A stretch of DNA of 64,000 nt from assembly GCF_009914755.1 (NCBI RefSeq), contig NC_060927.1; one strand, written 5' to 3'. Position 1 is the first letter of the stretch. Every line of letters starts with the position of its first letter. Shown here in pieces: positions 47,310-63,245 of the stretch. The DNA is from the human T2T-CHM13v2.0 reference genome, Homo sapiens. A model generated the notes under the pieces. It was given only the letters and a program-made list of their open reading frames with translations, did no database searches and had not been told where the DNA came from. A program made the translations under genes and the position numbers.

Positions 47310-48962
47310 GTGAGTCTGGGACCCGCGTCTGCCTAGCTGCCCCGCCCTACCCCTACCGGGCTGGGTCCGCACGCCGCCGCCCGCTAGGGTCGGGCAGGCG
47401 GCGCAGGGGTCGTGGAGAGGCCGGGCCGCGGCCTGCGAGGCTGCTGGGCAGGGCAGGGCTGGGCGGGCCCGGGGAGGGGTAACCTGGGGGATTCAGAGCG
47501 CCCGCCTGCCGGGGGGCGACCGCGATGCAGCGTTCCCTGCCGCTGGAGTCGGGGTGACAGCCCGGACCCCCACCCAGTGGGCCGCCGGACGACGTGACGC
47601 TGTTTGGCCCGAGAGAGCCTGGGAAGCCACCCAAGGAGGGTGTGGTTAAAAAAAAAAATCTTGTATATGGATATCATATGTATTTATATTTACACTAAAG
47701 CAGTCTATATGCCTCCAGTTTTGTTTCTATGCAGTTATGTGTAACTAATATAAGACATATATCTTCCTTTCAAAATCAGCATTCTGATAGGTTTTTTAGC
47801 ACGTGGAAATTAAAATTTTTGATTTTAGAGACCCCTCCCCTCCTTTCTAAAAAATAGAGGGCATTAAGCTGGAGGGTTTTTTTTTCTGAGTGCCGCACCC
47901 TCACTAAGGGATTTAATTAATTCATAATTAGTGCATTGTAAACGTCTTAAATCATTACCTTTGTTCAGTTAACTTCAGACGGCGTGGGCATAACACCTGG
48001 CCCCCTTTAAGCTCGTTTTAAAAACGTTGCTCGGTTTCACTCGGCGGAGGTGCTGGCTTGAACAGACAAGTTCAGAGAATTGCCAACCGAAGGCATAATT
48101 CTCCAGAGGCCTTCACGGGGTGTAAGAGAAGAGAGGAGCTAGACTCCTTGCTTGGGGACACACCCTTGGTATAGAATACTTGAGGAGGTATGGCGGTAGG
48201 TGTAGGTAATAGGGAAATACTTAGTTTTGTTTTAACCATGAGTAATTAAGTGGAGATTTTCTCCTTATCTGCAGGAGTTTAGTGGAAGTGCTGATGAGCT
48301 GAGAATGCAGGGTGCTCCCCGAGTGCCAGCTGGCCTCATGGAGAAAAAACTATCATTAGGAATCCTGGCTGGCTCAGTTTTTTTCTTAATAACCAAGGAG
48401 AGGGATGGTGGTGGGAGGTGGATGGTGTCTCTCATTGACTCTGGAAAAGCAACTTCCAAATGTGTGGCATTATTGCTGGCAGGAGAAAAACATCACCCAT
48501 AAATCACAGTACCATGTAATGCCTTTATTTTGTGTATGTTTCTTTTTTAAATTGCGAATTGCTTTTTAAGTGACAAATTAATGGAGCTGGCAAGAGTTTC
48601 AGAAACTGAATTTTATGAAGATATAAGTGTTTCAAATATTGCAGTAATTTACTGTAATATGTTATATGTGAGAAAAGCCCTAACAATTGTAGCAAGGAGA
48701 AAGAATATCCAGGAATTAATTTTTCACAGCTCTCTGAAGTCTCATATTCCTCCTGTCATCCATTTTCCTTTATTTTTACTTCTTCCACTTCTTTCGTTCT
48801 GACCCACAGCCCACCCTCATTCACTATTGTGAATTTTAGAGTTTTACTTTAAAATAAAAGCATTTACTGTAGTTTTGTATTAGTGGTTGCTTTGCTGAAC
48901 TTAATAATGCTTTGCTTTTTGTTTGTCTTTAAGCATTAAGAATTTAACTCACAGGAGCTTAA

Positions 48963-49358
<396 letters not shown>

Positions 49359-49509
49359 CCCCAGAACTGTGTTCTAAATCACATTACACTTCCTTAACTG
49401 CTTGAATCTAAACAAAACTTTAGCCGTTGATATAAATGACTTGGCACATTAATTTTGGAACTATTTCTCAATGAAAATTTCTTCAATTAAGCCATTTATT
49501 TCTACTCTA

Positions 49510-49735
49510 TAATAATAATGACAACTAATATTTATTGTGTACATATGTACATAGTTATTACTATAGAGGCAGTAGAAATTTTTCTAAGAGTCGTAAATGA
49601 TCACAACAACCTTGTGATGAAGATACCTTTATCCTATTTTAGAGATGAGGAAATTGAGGCACAGAGAGGTAAAGTAACTTGCCTAGGTCACCCCACTGAT
49701 AAATTGAGCCACTTTTAAAACCTGGCAGTTTCTCT
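49510..49735 (-). mobile_element. MIR
   Basis: Core ttttagagatgaggaaattgaggcacagagaggtaaagtaacttgcc. Confidence 0.88.
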
Positions 49736-50220
49736 CAACCTGTTTATGGATTGTACTGTAATGTATAGTGTATCTTTATATGTTTCCTCATATATATGTT
49801 AGGAAATTAGTTTTCTTTCTTATTAGGACTTAAGGTTTTTGAGCACTTATAAATGACTTGTGTTTTGTTGTTCCTGGCACTGGGTTAGATACTACGGAAC
49901 AGGGTAGGCATGCTTAGCCTTCTCTCCCCTCTTTCTTCTTTCCTTCTTTCACAAAGTTGAGATGAGAAGGAATTAATAAAGACATGAATTAGATCAGCAT
50001 TCTTACTCACAGCTATACTAGCATTGAGTTTCTCCTGTCACATCAGTTCAGTTAAGGAATTGGCATCCGCTTTTTGTGTGAATCACAAAGACAAGTGTTT
50101 TACATAAAGCCTTTTGGATGTGGAGGATTTAACAGTGTTTTTAAAAAATGTATTCTCTGAGATTTTCCTAATTTTTAGATTTTAGTTTCATATTCTACAA
50201 TTGTTACGAAAAGACTTCAA

Positions 50221-50538
50221 GGCTGGGCTCAGTGGCTCACGCCTGTAATCCCAGCACTTTGGGAGGCTGAGATGGGAGGACTGCTTCAGTCCCGGAGTTC
50301 AAGACCAGTCTGGGCAACATGGTGAGACCCATCTCTACTAAAAATTTGAAAAATTAGCCAGGCATGGTGGTGCACGCCTGTGGTCCTACCTATTTGGGCA
50401 GCTGAGGCGGAAGGATCGATCCCTTGAGTCCAGGAGCTCAAGGCTGTGCTGAATTGTGTTCACACCACTGCCCTCCAGTCTGGGCAACAGAGCAAGGCCC
50501 TGTATCCAAAAAAAAAAAAAAAAAAAGAAAAGAAAAAA
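50221..50538 (+). mobile_element. Alu (AluJ-like)
   Basis: Full dimer with A tail. Confidence 0.94.
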
Positions 50539-51054
50539 AGGCATCTAATAATTGTTTAAATTTTAATTCATATGGAACAAAATCTATTGGGATATATATG
50601 ACTTGTCAAGTTTTTGTTATTGTTTAACACTTTATTGTGTAAAGCAGATTTAGTTTTTGGAAATAAATAATATTTTATCATATAATTTTCCAGTTTAATT
50701 TGTTCATTTCGACTTTCCTATTTTGACACTTCTCTCTCTGTATTTGTGGTCAAGACTTGTCACAGGTATTGGGAAGCAGAAGATGGAGGGAACACTGCAA
50801 AAATAGTTTTGCCCATTAAAGTGATTTTTTTAATTTTTAATTTTTAAATTTTTTAATTATACTTTAAGTTCTAGGGTACATGTGCACAACGTGCAGGTTT
50901 GTTACGTATGTATACATGGGCCATGTTGGTGTGCTGTACCCGTTGTCATTTACATTAGGTATATCTCCTAAGGCTATCCCTCCGCCCTCCCCCTACCCCT
51001 CAACAGGCCCCAGTGTGTGATGTTCCCCACCCTGTGTCCAAGTGTTCTCATTGT

Positions 51055-54682
<3,628 letters not shown>

Positions 54683-56526
54683 TTGCTTGGTAGATCTTCC
54701 TCCATCCCTTTATTTTGAGCCTATGTGTGTCTCTGCATGTGATATGGGTCTCCTGAATACAGCACACTGTTGGGTCTTGACTATCCAATTTGCCAGTCTG
54801 TGTCTTTTAATTGGAGCATTTAGCCCATTTACATTTAAGGTTAATATTGTTATGTGTGAATTTGATTGTGTCATTATGATGTTAGCTGGTTATTTTGCTC
54901 GTTCGTTGATGCAGTTTCTTCTTAGCATTGATAGTCTTTACAGTTTGGCATGTTTTTGCAGTGGCTGGTACTGGTTGTTCTTTTCCATGTTTAGCACTTC
55001 CTTCAGGAGCTCTTGTAAGGCAGGCCTGGTGGTGACAAAATCTCTCAGCATTTGTTTGTCTGTAAAGGATTTTATTTCTCCTTCACTTCTGAAGCTTAGT
55101 TTGGCTGGATATGAAATTCTGGGTTGAAAATTCTTTTCTTTAAAAATGTTGAATATTGGCCCCCACTCTCTTCTGGCTTGTAGAGTTTCCGCCAAGAGAT
55201 CCGCTGTTAGTCTGATGGGCTTCCCTTTGTGGGTAACCCGACCTTTCTCTCTGGCTGCCCTTAACATTTTTTCCTTCATTTCAACTTTGGTGAATCTGAC
55301 AATTATGTGTCTTGGTATTGCTCTTCTCAAGGATTATCTTTGTGGCATTCTCTGTATTTCCTGAATTTGAATGTTGGCCTGCCTTGCTAGGTTGGGGATG
55401 TTCTCCTGGATAATATCCTGTAGAGTGTTTTCCAACTTGGTCCCATTCTCCGCATCACTTTCAGGTACACCAATCAGACGTAGATTTGGTCTTTTCACAT
55501 AGTCACATATTTCTTGGAGGCTTTGTTCATTTCTTTTCTTTTTTCTCTAAACTTCTGTTCTCACTTCATTTCGTTCATTTGATCTTCCATCACTGATACC
55601 CTTTCTTCCACTTGATCAAATCGGCTACTGAAGCTTGTGCATGCATCACGTGGTTCTCATGCCATGGTTTTCAGCTCCATCAGGTCATTTAAGGTCTTCT
55701 CTACACTATTTATTCTAGTTTGCCATTCGTCTAATCTTTCTTCAAGGTTTTTAGCTTCTTTGCGATGGGTTCGAACATCCTCCTTTAGCTTGGAGAAGTT
55801 TGTTATTACCGATCATCTGAAGCCTTCTTCTCTCAAAGTCATTCTCCATCCAGCTTTGTTCTGTTGCTGGCAAGGAGCTGCGTTCCTTTGGAGGAGAAGA
55901 GGTGCTCTGATTTTTAGAATTTTCAGCTTTTCTGCTCTGGTTTCTCCTCATCTTTGTGGTTTTATCTACCTTTGGTCTTTGATGATGGTGATGTACAGAT
56001 AGGGTTTTGGTGTGGATGTCCTTTCTGTTTGTTAGTTTTCCTTCTAACAGTCAGGACCCTCAGCTGCAGGTCTGTTGGAGTTTGCTGGAGGTCCACTCCA
56101 GACCCTGTTTGCCTGGGTATCACCAGCGGAGGCATCAGAACAGCAAATATTGCAGAACGGCAAATGTTGCTGCCTGATCCTTCCTCTGGAAGCTTCGTCT
56201 CAGATGGGCACCTGGCTGTATGAGGTGTCAGTCGGCCTCTACTGGGAGATGTCTCCCAGTTAGGCTGCTCAGGGGTCAGGGACCCACTTGAGGAGGCAGT
56301 CTGTCTGTTCTCAGATCTCCAACTCCGTGCTCAGAGAACCACTACTCTCTTCAAAGCTGTCAGACAGGGACATTTAAGTCTGCAGAAGTTTCTGCTGCCT
56401 TTTGTTCAGCTGTGCCCTGCCCCCAGAGGTGGAGTCTACAGAGGCGGGCAGGCCTCCTTGAGCTGCAGTGGGCTCCGCCCAGTTCGAGCTTCCCGGCTGC
56501 TTTGTTTACCTACTCAAGCCTCAGCA

Positions 56527-56601
56527 ATGGCGGGCCCCTCTCCTCCAGCTTCTCTCCTGCCTTGCAGTTCAATCTCAGACTGCTGTGTTAGCAATGAGTG
56601 A
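56527..56601 (+). pseudogene. L1 ORF0, prematurely terminated after 24 codons
   Basis: ATG GCG GGC ... translates MAGPSPPASLLPCSSISDCCVSNE*; the ORF0-like frame continues after the stop (GVGPSEP...RVGVSRFSR). Confidence 0.8.
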
Positions 56602-57261
56602 GGCTCCGTGGGTGTGGGACCCTCTGAGCCATGCGCGGGATATAATTTCCTGGTGTGCCGTTTGCTAAGACCATTGGAAAAGCGCAGTATTAGAGTGGGA
56701 GTGTCCCGATTTTCCAGGTACCATTTGTCACGGCTTCCCTTGGCTAGGAGAGGGAACTCCCCGACCCCTTGCGCTTTCCAGGTGAGGCAATGCCCCACCC
56801 TGCACCATGGGCTGCACCCACGGTCCGACAAGCCCCAGTGAGATGAACCTGGTACCTCAGTTGGAAATGCAGAAATCACCCATCTTCTGCATCGCTCACG
56901 CTGGGAGCTATAGACTGGAGCTGTTCCCATTCCGCCATCTTGGAACCTCCCACCCTAAAGTGATTTTTTTTTAACTCAAGGTTTACAGACAGTTTTTTGT
57001 CATTATATGACACAGTTAAGAGAATTTATATGAGATCTATGTTAATAGGTCAAGGAAAGTAGAGATTTCTCTATTAATTTTCTTTCTCTTGACAATATTC
57101 ATCTCCCTTTTGTCTGTACTATTGTGTGGTAGGGAGTAATTTTTAGTAATTGTAACAATAGCTTTCTTTTATAGAACCCATTCTCTGTATCCAGTTCTGG
57201 GCTGATCACATTTATTTTACTCAATTCTTCAATGTCCCTAAGAAATTGGCATTTGTTATTT

Positions 57262-57580
57262 AATTTTATTTATTTATTTATTAATTTTTTTGGAGACAGG
57301 GCCTCGTTCTGCCACCCAGGCTGGAGTACAGTGGCTCAGCTCACTGCAACTTCGAATTCTTGGGCTCAAGCAGTCCTCCCACTTCATCCTCCCAAAGTGC
57401 TGGGATTACAGATGTGAGGCACTGCACCCAGCCTGAGTTTGACATTATTCCCATTTAATAGGGCTAAATTGAGTAGGCAGTTTGCCCAAGGTCATATAGT
57501 TAGTGAGTGGCAGAGCCAGGATTTGAACTCAACCAGTCTGTTTCCAAAGACTGGGCTCTTAACCATTACATTATGGCTTC
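57262..57580 (-). mobile_element. Partial Alu followed by MIR
   Basis: Deleted antisense Alu to ~57433; MIR ttgcccaaggtca.a.ag.tagt.agtggcagagccaggatttgaac. Confidence 0.85.
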
Positions 57581-58059
57581 TTGCCAAACTAAAGATTGTG
57601 CCCAGTGCCTGGCACAAATGTACTAATTACACCAAGATTAAGAGTCTTAATGTCTTAGCTGAGTCAGCAGTCTCTTTTAAATTTTATGACAAGCTGTTGT
57701 CATGTTGTCTAATGACATCCTGAAGGATTTACTGGTTTTTTTTTTGGTTTTCCAGTTCAGACAACCAAAGCTCAGATATGGACAGCTATGGGTTGGCTAC
57801 ACTTTTATTGCTGTTTTCTCTACCTCACTTTGAATCTCACTGCTATCCTGTGTAGTGTCTATATCAGCCACTTCCTCTTCCAGCACTAGGGTGGCCATGA
57901 GAGAGACAGGGATGGAGCAGGGAAGTCTAAGGAGACAGAACAGGGCATTTACTGGGAAGTTTTTAATAGAGTCAGAATCAAGGTTCAAACTCAGATTTCC
58001 CAGTTCTCAGTGCTGCCTCTACAGCTGCGTCTTTCCATTGATTTTTTTTGTTCTTTGGG

Positions 58060-58880
58060 TTTCTGTCCAACACATATTTATTGTGTGCTACTGTGTGCTA
58101 GTGACTGTTCTAGTCAGTGGATATCCAGCAGTGCGCGAACCGAGTATGGCTCTTCTCTCATGGAACTTATATTCTAGTGGCAGGGAGACAGATAATAAAC
58201 AGATAAGGTGGTGAAAAGTACTTTGGAGAAAAATAAAGCTGGGTAGGAGAGAAAGAATTCTAGGGTAGGGTTAGAGAGTGAATGAGGGAAGGGATGTGTT
58301 GCTTTTAATGTAGAATAGAAGGGAAGGCCTCTCTGATAAAGTGACATTTGAGCAGAGGATATGCCATGGGAATGCCTGAAGAAAGACTGTGTCAAGAGAG
58401 GGCACTACTCAAAGGTGCCGAGGCAAGAACATGCCTGGTGTGTTGGATGAACAGCAAGAAAACCAGTGGGGCTGGAGTGTAGTAAGAGAGGGTAGTGTGG
58501 TAGGAAGTAAGATCAAAGTAGTTAAGGGAGTCAAATCATGTAGGACTTTTAACCTATGTAAAGGATTTTGACTTTTCCTGTGAGGGAAGGGGAAGGGATT
58601 GGTGGGGTTTATGTAGAGAAGTGGCATATATGACTTATATTTTATAAGAGAACCATTGTGGAGTAAAATTAGGGGAGAAGGGACAAAGCAGGGTGACTGT
58701 GGCATTTTTGTTGCAGTAATCCATAGGATTAGCTGATGGATTGGTTATGGAATATAAATGATTTTGATGATTTGAGCCTGAGCAAGAGGAAGAAGGAACT
58801 GCCATTTGCTGAGATGAAGACCATGGAAGGAGAAAGTTTGGAGTAGGGATGAAGAAAGCAGGAATTGGACTTCATTGACT
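58060..58880 (-). mobile_element. L2 (L2a-like) fragment
   Basis: caaca.atatttattg.gtgctactgtgtgc...ggaacttatattctagtgg...gggaaggcctctctga...gtgacatttgagcaga. Confidence 0.85.
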
Positions 58881-58884
58881 CTTG

Positions 58885-59147
58885 AAGTGTTAGAGTTGGA
58901 AGAGACTTCGAGTTTATCTAGTACAGTCGTTTCCTTTTACAAGCTAGTAATACTAAATACTGAGAGGTTAAATGACTTTCCCAGAGTCAAACAGCCTATA
59001 CTACCTGTTGTGCAGCATAAAGAGCCCTGGAGTTGTAGTCATGAGATGTAAGTTCAAATTGTAGCTTTTTTGTTTCTTAGCTCTGAACCTTGGTCAAGTC
59101 ATTTATTTTCTCCAAGTCTGTTTTTCTTCCATCAAAAAGGATAATAA
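58885..59147. mobile_element. Two MIR fragments in opposite orientation
   Basis: actgagaggttaaatgactt.ccca.agtca (minus) and tagctctgaaccttggtcaagtcattta (plus). Confidence 0.7.
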
Positions 59148-60726
59148 AGACTTCCATTTCCTGTTACGATGTTGCAAATTGCAACAGTTGACATTATTGC
59201 TCCCACTCTGGTAGTGAGAAAAGTCAGAGAAGGTACAAAATCATAATTTTAAAAAACCTATCAGAGTTGACACAAAAAAATCTAAAGAAACAAAAATCTG
59301 GAAAGTAATGAGTGAGCCTTCTCAAGAGAAAAAAAAAAGAGATACATAGGTACTTTCATCTATGGTGGAACAGCAAGAGGAAGAATTTGCAATAGATAGT
59401 TAAAGAGAAGTCAACAGTTACTGACTGCACATAGGCTGGAGTGACAGTTTGGAATCCTGAGGAGTTCCAGCTACAGTGCAGGACTACACCTACCTGCCAA
59501 CTTTTCCCATGGGCCTTCAATTAGTACATTGGAATAGGAGTTCGGATGCTGGGGCAAGGGAAAGAGCTAAGAAGGATCCTGCTGAGGTGGGTGGATTCTG
59601 CTGAAGGTTGGGGGCAGGGCAGGAGAGTTAAGAGAAATCCCTGTAGTGCACCAGGGGGTTTATGAAATCTAAGCCTGGGCGTGCAACAGGCTGGGGGCAT
59701 GGCAAGACAGCTAAGAAATCTCTTTATGATTATCTAGGCTTTTACTGAGGACAAGCCAGCCTTTGAGAAGGCATAGTCAGGGTAACAGAGCAAAGAGAGA
59801 TCTCCTCAAGGCACAGAAAGCAGAAGGTGCTACTGGAGACCAAGGACAACACCCTAGCTGAAAGCTGGAATGTGAGGGGAGGGCAGAGAGGAGGGAAGAT
59901 ATCTCACAGTTAAGAAACCTTGCATAGGTTATGAAGCTCAGAGATCTGTGAAGCTTCAACAGTGCTCAGATTTTAGCTTCTCCTGAAGGTAAAGTTCTGA
60001 TTTCACCCTGAAATTATTATAAGGCAATCATGGACTAACACTACAATCTCAAACCCAGCTCAACTATAGATTAAAAGGATTGAGCCTCCACTCCCAGTTT
60101 CCCAGCAACTTAATTGAAGAAGGAACTTTCCTTTATGGAGATAAATTAATGTTCTTTTATACGCAGTATCTGGCATGAAATAAATTATGAGATATACAAA
60201 GAAACAAGAAAATGTGATCCATGGTCAGGGGAAGAAAGAGGCAACAGAAGCAGTCTCAGTGATGGCCCAGATGTTGAACAACATGGATAAACAGAGAAAA
60301 TTTCAGCAGAAAGATGTAAAGTGTGAAAGATAAAGATGTAAACTATTTCTCCAAGTAGAAATGCTAGAAATGAAAAATATATTAGAAATGAAGAATTCAT
60401 TTGATAGGCTTAATAGCAGACTGCACACAGCAGAAGAAAGCACCAGTAAACTTAGGGACAGATCAATAAAAAATCAGCATTCAAGATCTGTGGGACAATA
60501 CAAAATTGTCTAGTATATACCTGTAACTAGAGTTCAAGGAGTGGAGGAAGAGCAGGGACAGAAGTCTGAACTGAGGTACATCAGATTCAACTTTCTGAAA
60601 ATCAAAAATTTTTATAAAGGAAATCTTAAAAGGAGGTAGAAAAGAAAAATATATATAAAGGTGAACAGTAATATGAATAATTGACACCTTGTCAGAAACA
60701 GTGCAGGTCAGAGGACAATGAAATAA

Positions 60727-61019
60727 TTTTTTTTTTTTTTGAGACCCTCTCACTCTGTTGCTCAGGCTGGAATGCAGTGGTGTGAATATAGCCGACTATA
60801 GCCTTAATGTCCTGGGCTCAAGGAATTCTCCCACCTTAGCCTCCTGAATAGCTGGAACTACAGGTGCATGCCACCATGCCCGACTAATTTTTTAAATTTT
60901 CTGTAGAGACAGTGTCTTACTGTGTTACCCAGGCTGGTCTCAAACTCCTGAGCTAAGTGATCCTCCTGACTTACCTCCCAAAGTATTGGAATTACAGGCG
61001 TGAGCTACTGTGCCTGGCC
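60727..61019 (-). mobile_element. Alu (AluJ-like)
   Basis: Antisense diverged dimer. Confidence 0.93.
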
Positions 61020-61888
61020 TGGAAGAACTTTTTTAAAGTGCTGTATTTTTTCTTAAGCAAATCTGCTAACCTGGAATTCAATATTCAAAAGTGAAGGAGA
61101 AATAAAGATATTTTTGACAGAAGCAAAAACAATTTGTCTACATCAGACCTATATTACAATGTTAAAAGAAGTTAAGTTGAAGGGAAGTTATAATAAAGGA
61201 AGTTCAGATCTGAAGGAATGAATTACACCAGGAAGGGTAAATATATGGATAAATATAAGGGACCTTTTAAAATATGTTTCTTTAATACATACATTTATTT
61301 TAAAAATATGGACTATTTAAAGTAGAAATAATAACATATTATTTGGTATATAGTAGAAGTAGAAGTAAGCTATCCAACAGTAAGTGCACAACAAGCAGGG
61401 GAAGTCAAGTGAAGTTAGACTGTGATAAGTTAAAGATGCACTCTATAATCACTAAAGCAAACATTGAAAAAAAATACAGAGAGGTATAGCTGTAAGATCA
61501 GTGAAGGAAACAGAATGAATATCACATTATGGAAAAAGTCAGGAAAGCAGAATAGAGGAACAAAGAAGAGAAGCAAATGGAAAATAAATATAAAGATGGC
61601 AGACTTAAAATCAACCATGTCAGTAATTACATTAAATGTAAAGACCATCATCTCCAATTAAAAGTTTGCAATTGTCAGGCTGGATAAAGTAGTGTGGTAC
61701 AACTATGTGCTGTCTTTATGAATCACTGTAAATATGAAACACAGATTGAAAAAGGGTGAAAAAGATATACCATGCAAAAAGCATAAGAAAGTTGATGTTG
61801 CTATATTAACAAAGTAGACTTTAAAACAAGGATCATTTCTAGAAAAAAGGATCATCTATAATAATCAATTTATTAAAAATACATAACA

Positions 61889-62188
61889 GGCCAAGCACAG
61901 TGGCTCATGCTTGTAATCACAGCACTTTGGAAGGCCGAGGCAGGTGGATCACTTGAGCTCAGGAGTTTGAGACCAGCCTGGCAAACATGGTGAAACCCCA
62001 TCTCTACTAAAAATACAAAAATTAACTGGGTGTGGTGGTGCACACCTGTAATCCCAGCTTCTTGGGAGGCTGAGGTGGGAGGATCATTGAGCCTGGGAGG
62101 CAGAGGTTGCAGCGAGCCAAGATCATGCCACTGCACTCCAGCCTGGGTGACAGAGCAATCCTCTGTCTCAAACAAACAAACAAAACAA
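61889..62188 (+). mobile_element. Alu (AluJ/S-like)
   Basis: Full dimer with (CAAA)n tail. Confidence 0.95.
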
Positions 62189-62802
62189 ATTTGTGTGTAC
62201 CTCACAACAAAGCTTCAAAATACATGAAACAAAAATTGGCAAAACCAAAGAGAGAAAGAGGCAAAACCACAATCATAGTTGAATATAACACCTCTATCAC
62301 TAATTGACAGAACTTGTGAAGAAAAAAAAAGTCAGTAAGGATATAAAAGATTTGAACACCACTATCAACCAACTTGATCCTTGGCATTTATGAAGCACTA
62401 CACATCACTACAGAATTTGAAAAACAGCAAAATGGCAGATGTTAGTCCCTCCTTATTAGTAATTACTATAAGTACAAAAGGATTAAATTTACTAACTAAA
62501 ATGTAGACACTGGCAGAATGGATAAAAAAAAAACAAGCAAAAAACTTCCCACATGATCCAATTTTATGTTGTCTGCAAGAGACCCTTGTTAGATCAAAAG
62601 ACAGGTTAAAAGTGAGCTGGGTTGGCTATACTAATATCAGACAAAATAGACTAAGTTATAATAAAAATTGTTACATGAGACAAAGGTGATTATATGTTGA
62701 TGAAAGGTTAATTCCTACAGGAACCATAACAATTATAAGCACATATGCACCAAACAACAGAGCCACAAATATACGCAGCAAAGTGACAAATGCAGGGAGA
62801 AT

Positions 62803-62941
62803 TTTTTCTTCTTTTTTCTATTTTAGTGATGGAGGTCTGTCTATGTTGACCAGGCTGGTCTTGGACTCCTGGCCTCAAGCAGTCCTCCCACCTTGGCCCT
62901 CCAAAGTGCTGGGATTACAGGTGTGAGCCACTGCACCTAGC
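62803..62941 (-). mobile_element. FLAM/Alu monomer
   Basis: Single antisense monomer. Confidence 0.85.
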
Positions 62942-62984
62942 TGAGAAGTGGTTTTATAATAGTAATTGGAGACTTCACAGCTGT

Positions 62985-63245
62985 CATCATAGCTACCATT
63001 TGTTAAGCACTTACTGTATGCCAAGACTGTCTTAGGCACTTTACGTTTATGGACTCATTTCATTCACAACTGCCCTTGTGGCAGGTTCTATCACTATCCC
63101 TATTTTGCTGAAGAGGAAACTATGGCATAGAAAAGTGGCAGGTCCCATTAATATCCCCATTTTGAGGAAGAGGAAACTATGGCATAGAAAAGTTAAATGA
63201 CATGCCCAAGGTTTACAAAGGTGTAAGTGGAAGATCTTGGATTAT
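62985..63245 (-). mobile_element. MIR with internal 57-bp tandem duplication
   Basis: atagctaccattt.ttaagcacttact.tatgcca...gaggaaact (twice)...gttaaatgac.tgcccaagg. Confidence 0.85.

Larger units (their letters stand above)
47100..47620 (+). promoter_or_regulatory. FBXL2: CpG-island, TATA-less promoter spanning exon 1
   Basis: Only non-repeat CpG-dense block in the window; GC boxes (47122-47140, GGGGCGGGGC 47215-47224), E-box GTCACGTG 47164-47171, CCAAT 47183-47187, CRE-like TGGCGTCA 47232-47239. Confidence 0.9.

Noticed and set aside
46942-47677. Several GC-rich ORFs across the CpG island
   Set aside because: Expected in GC-rich DNA; they cross the exon-1 donor and resemble no protein I recognise
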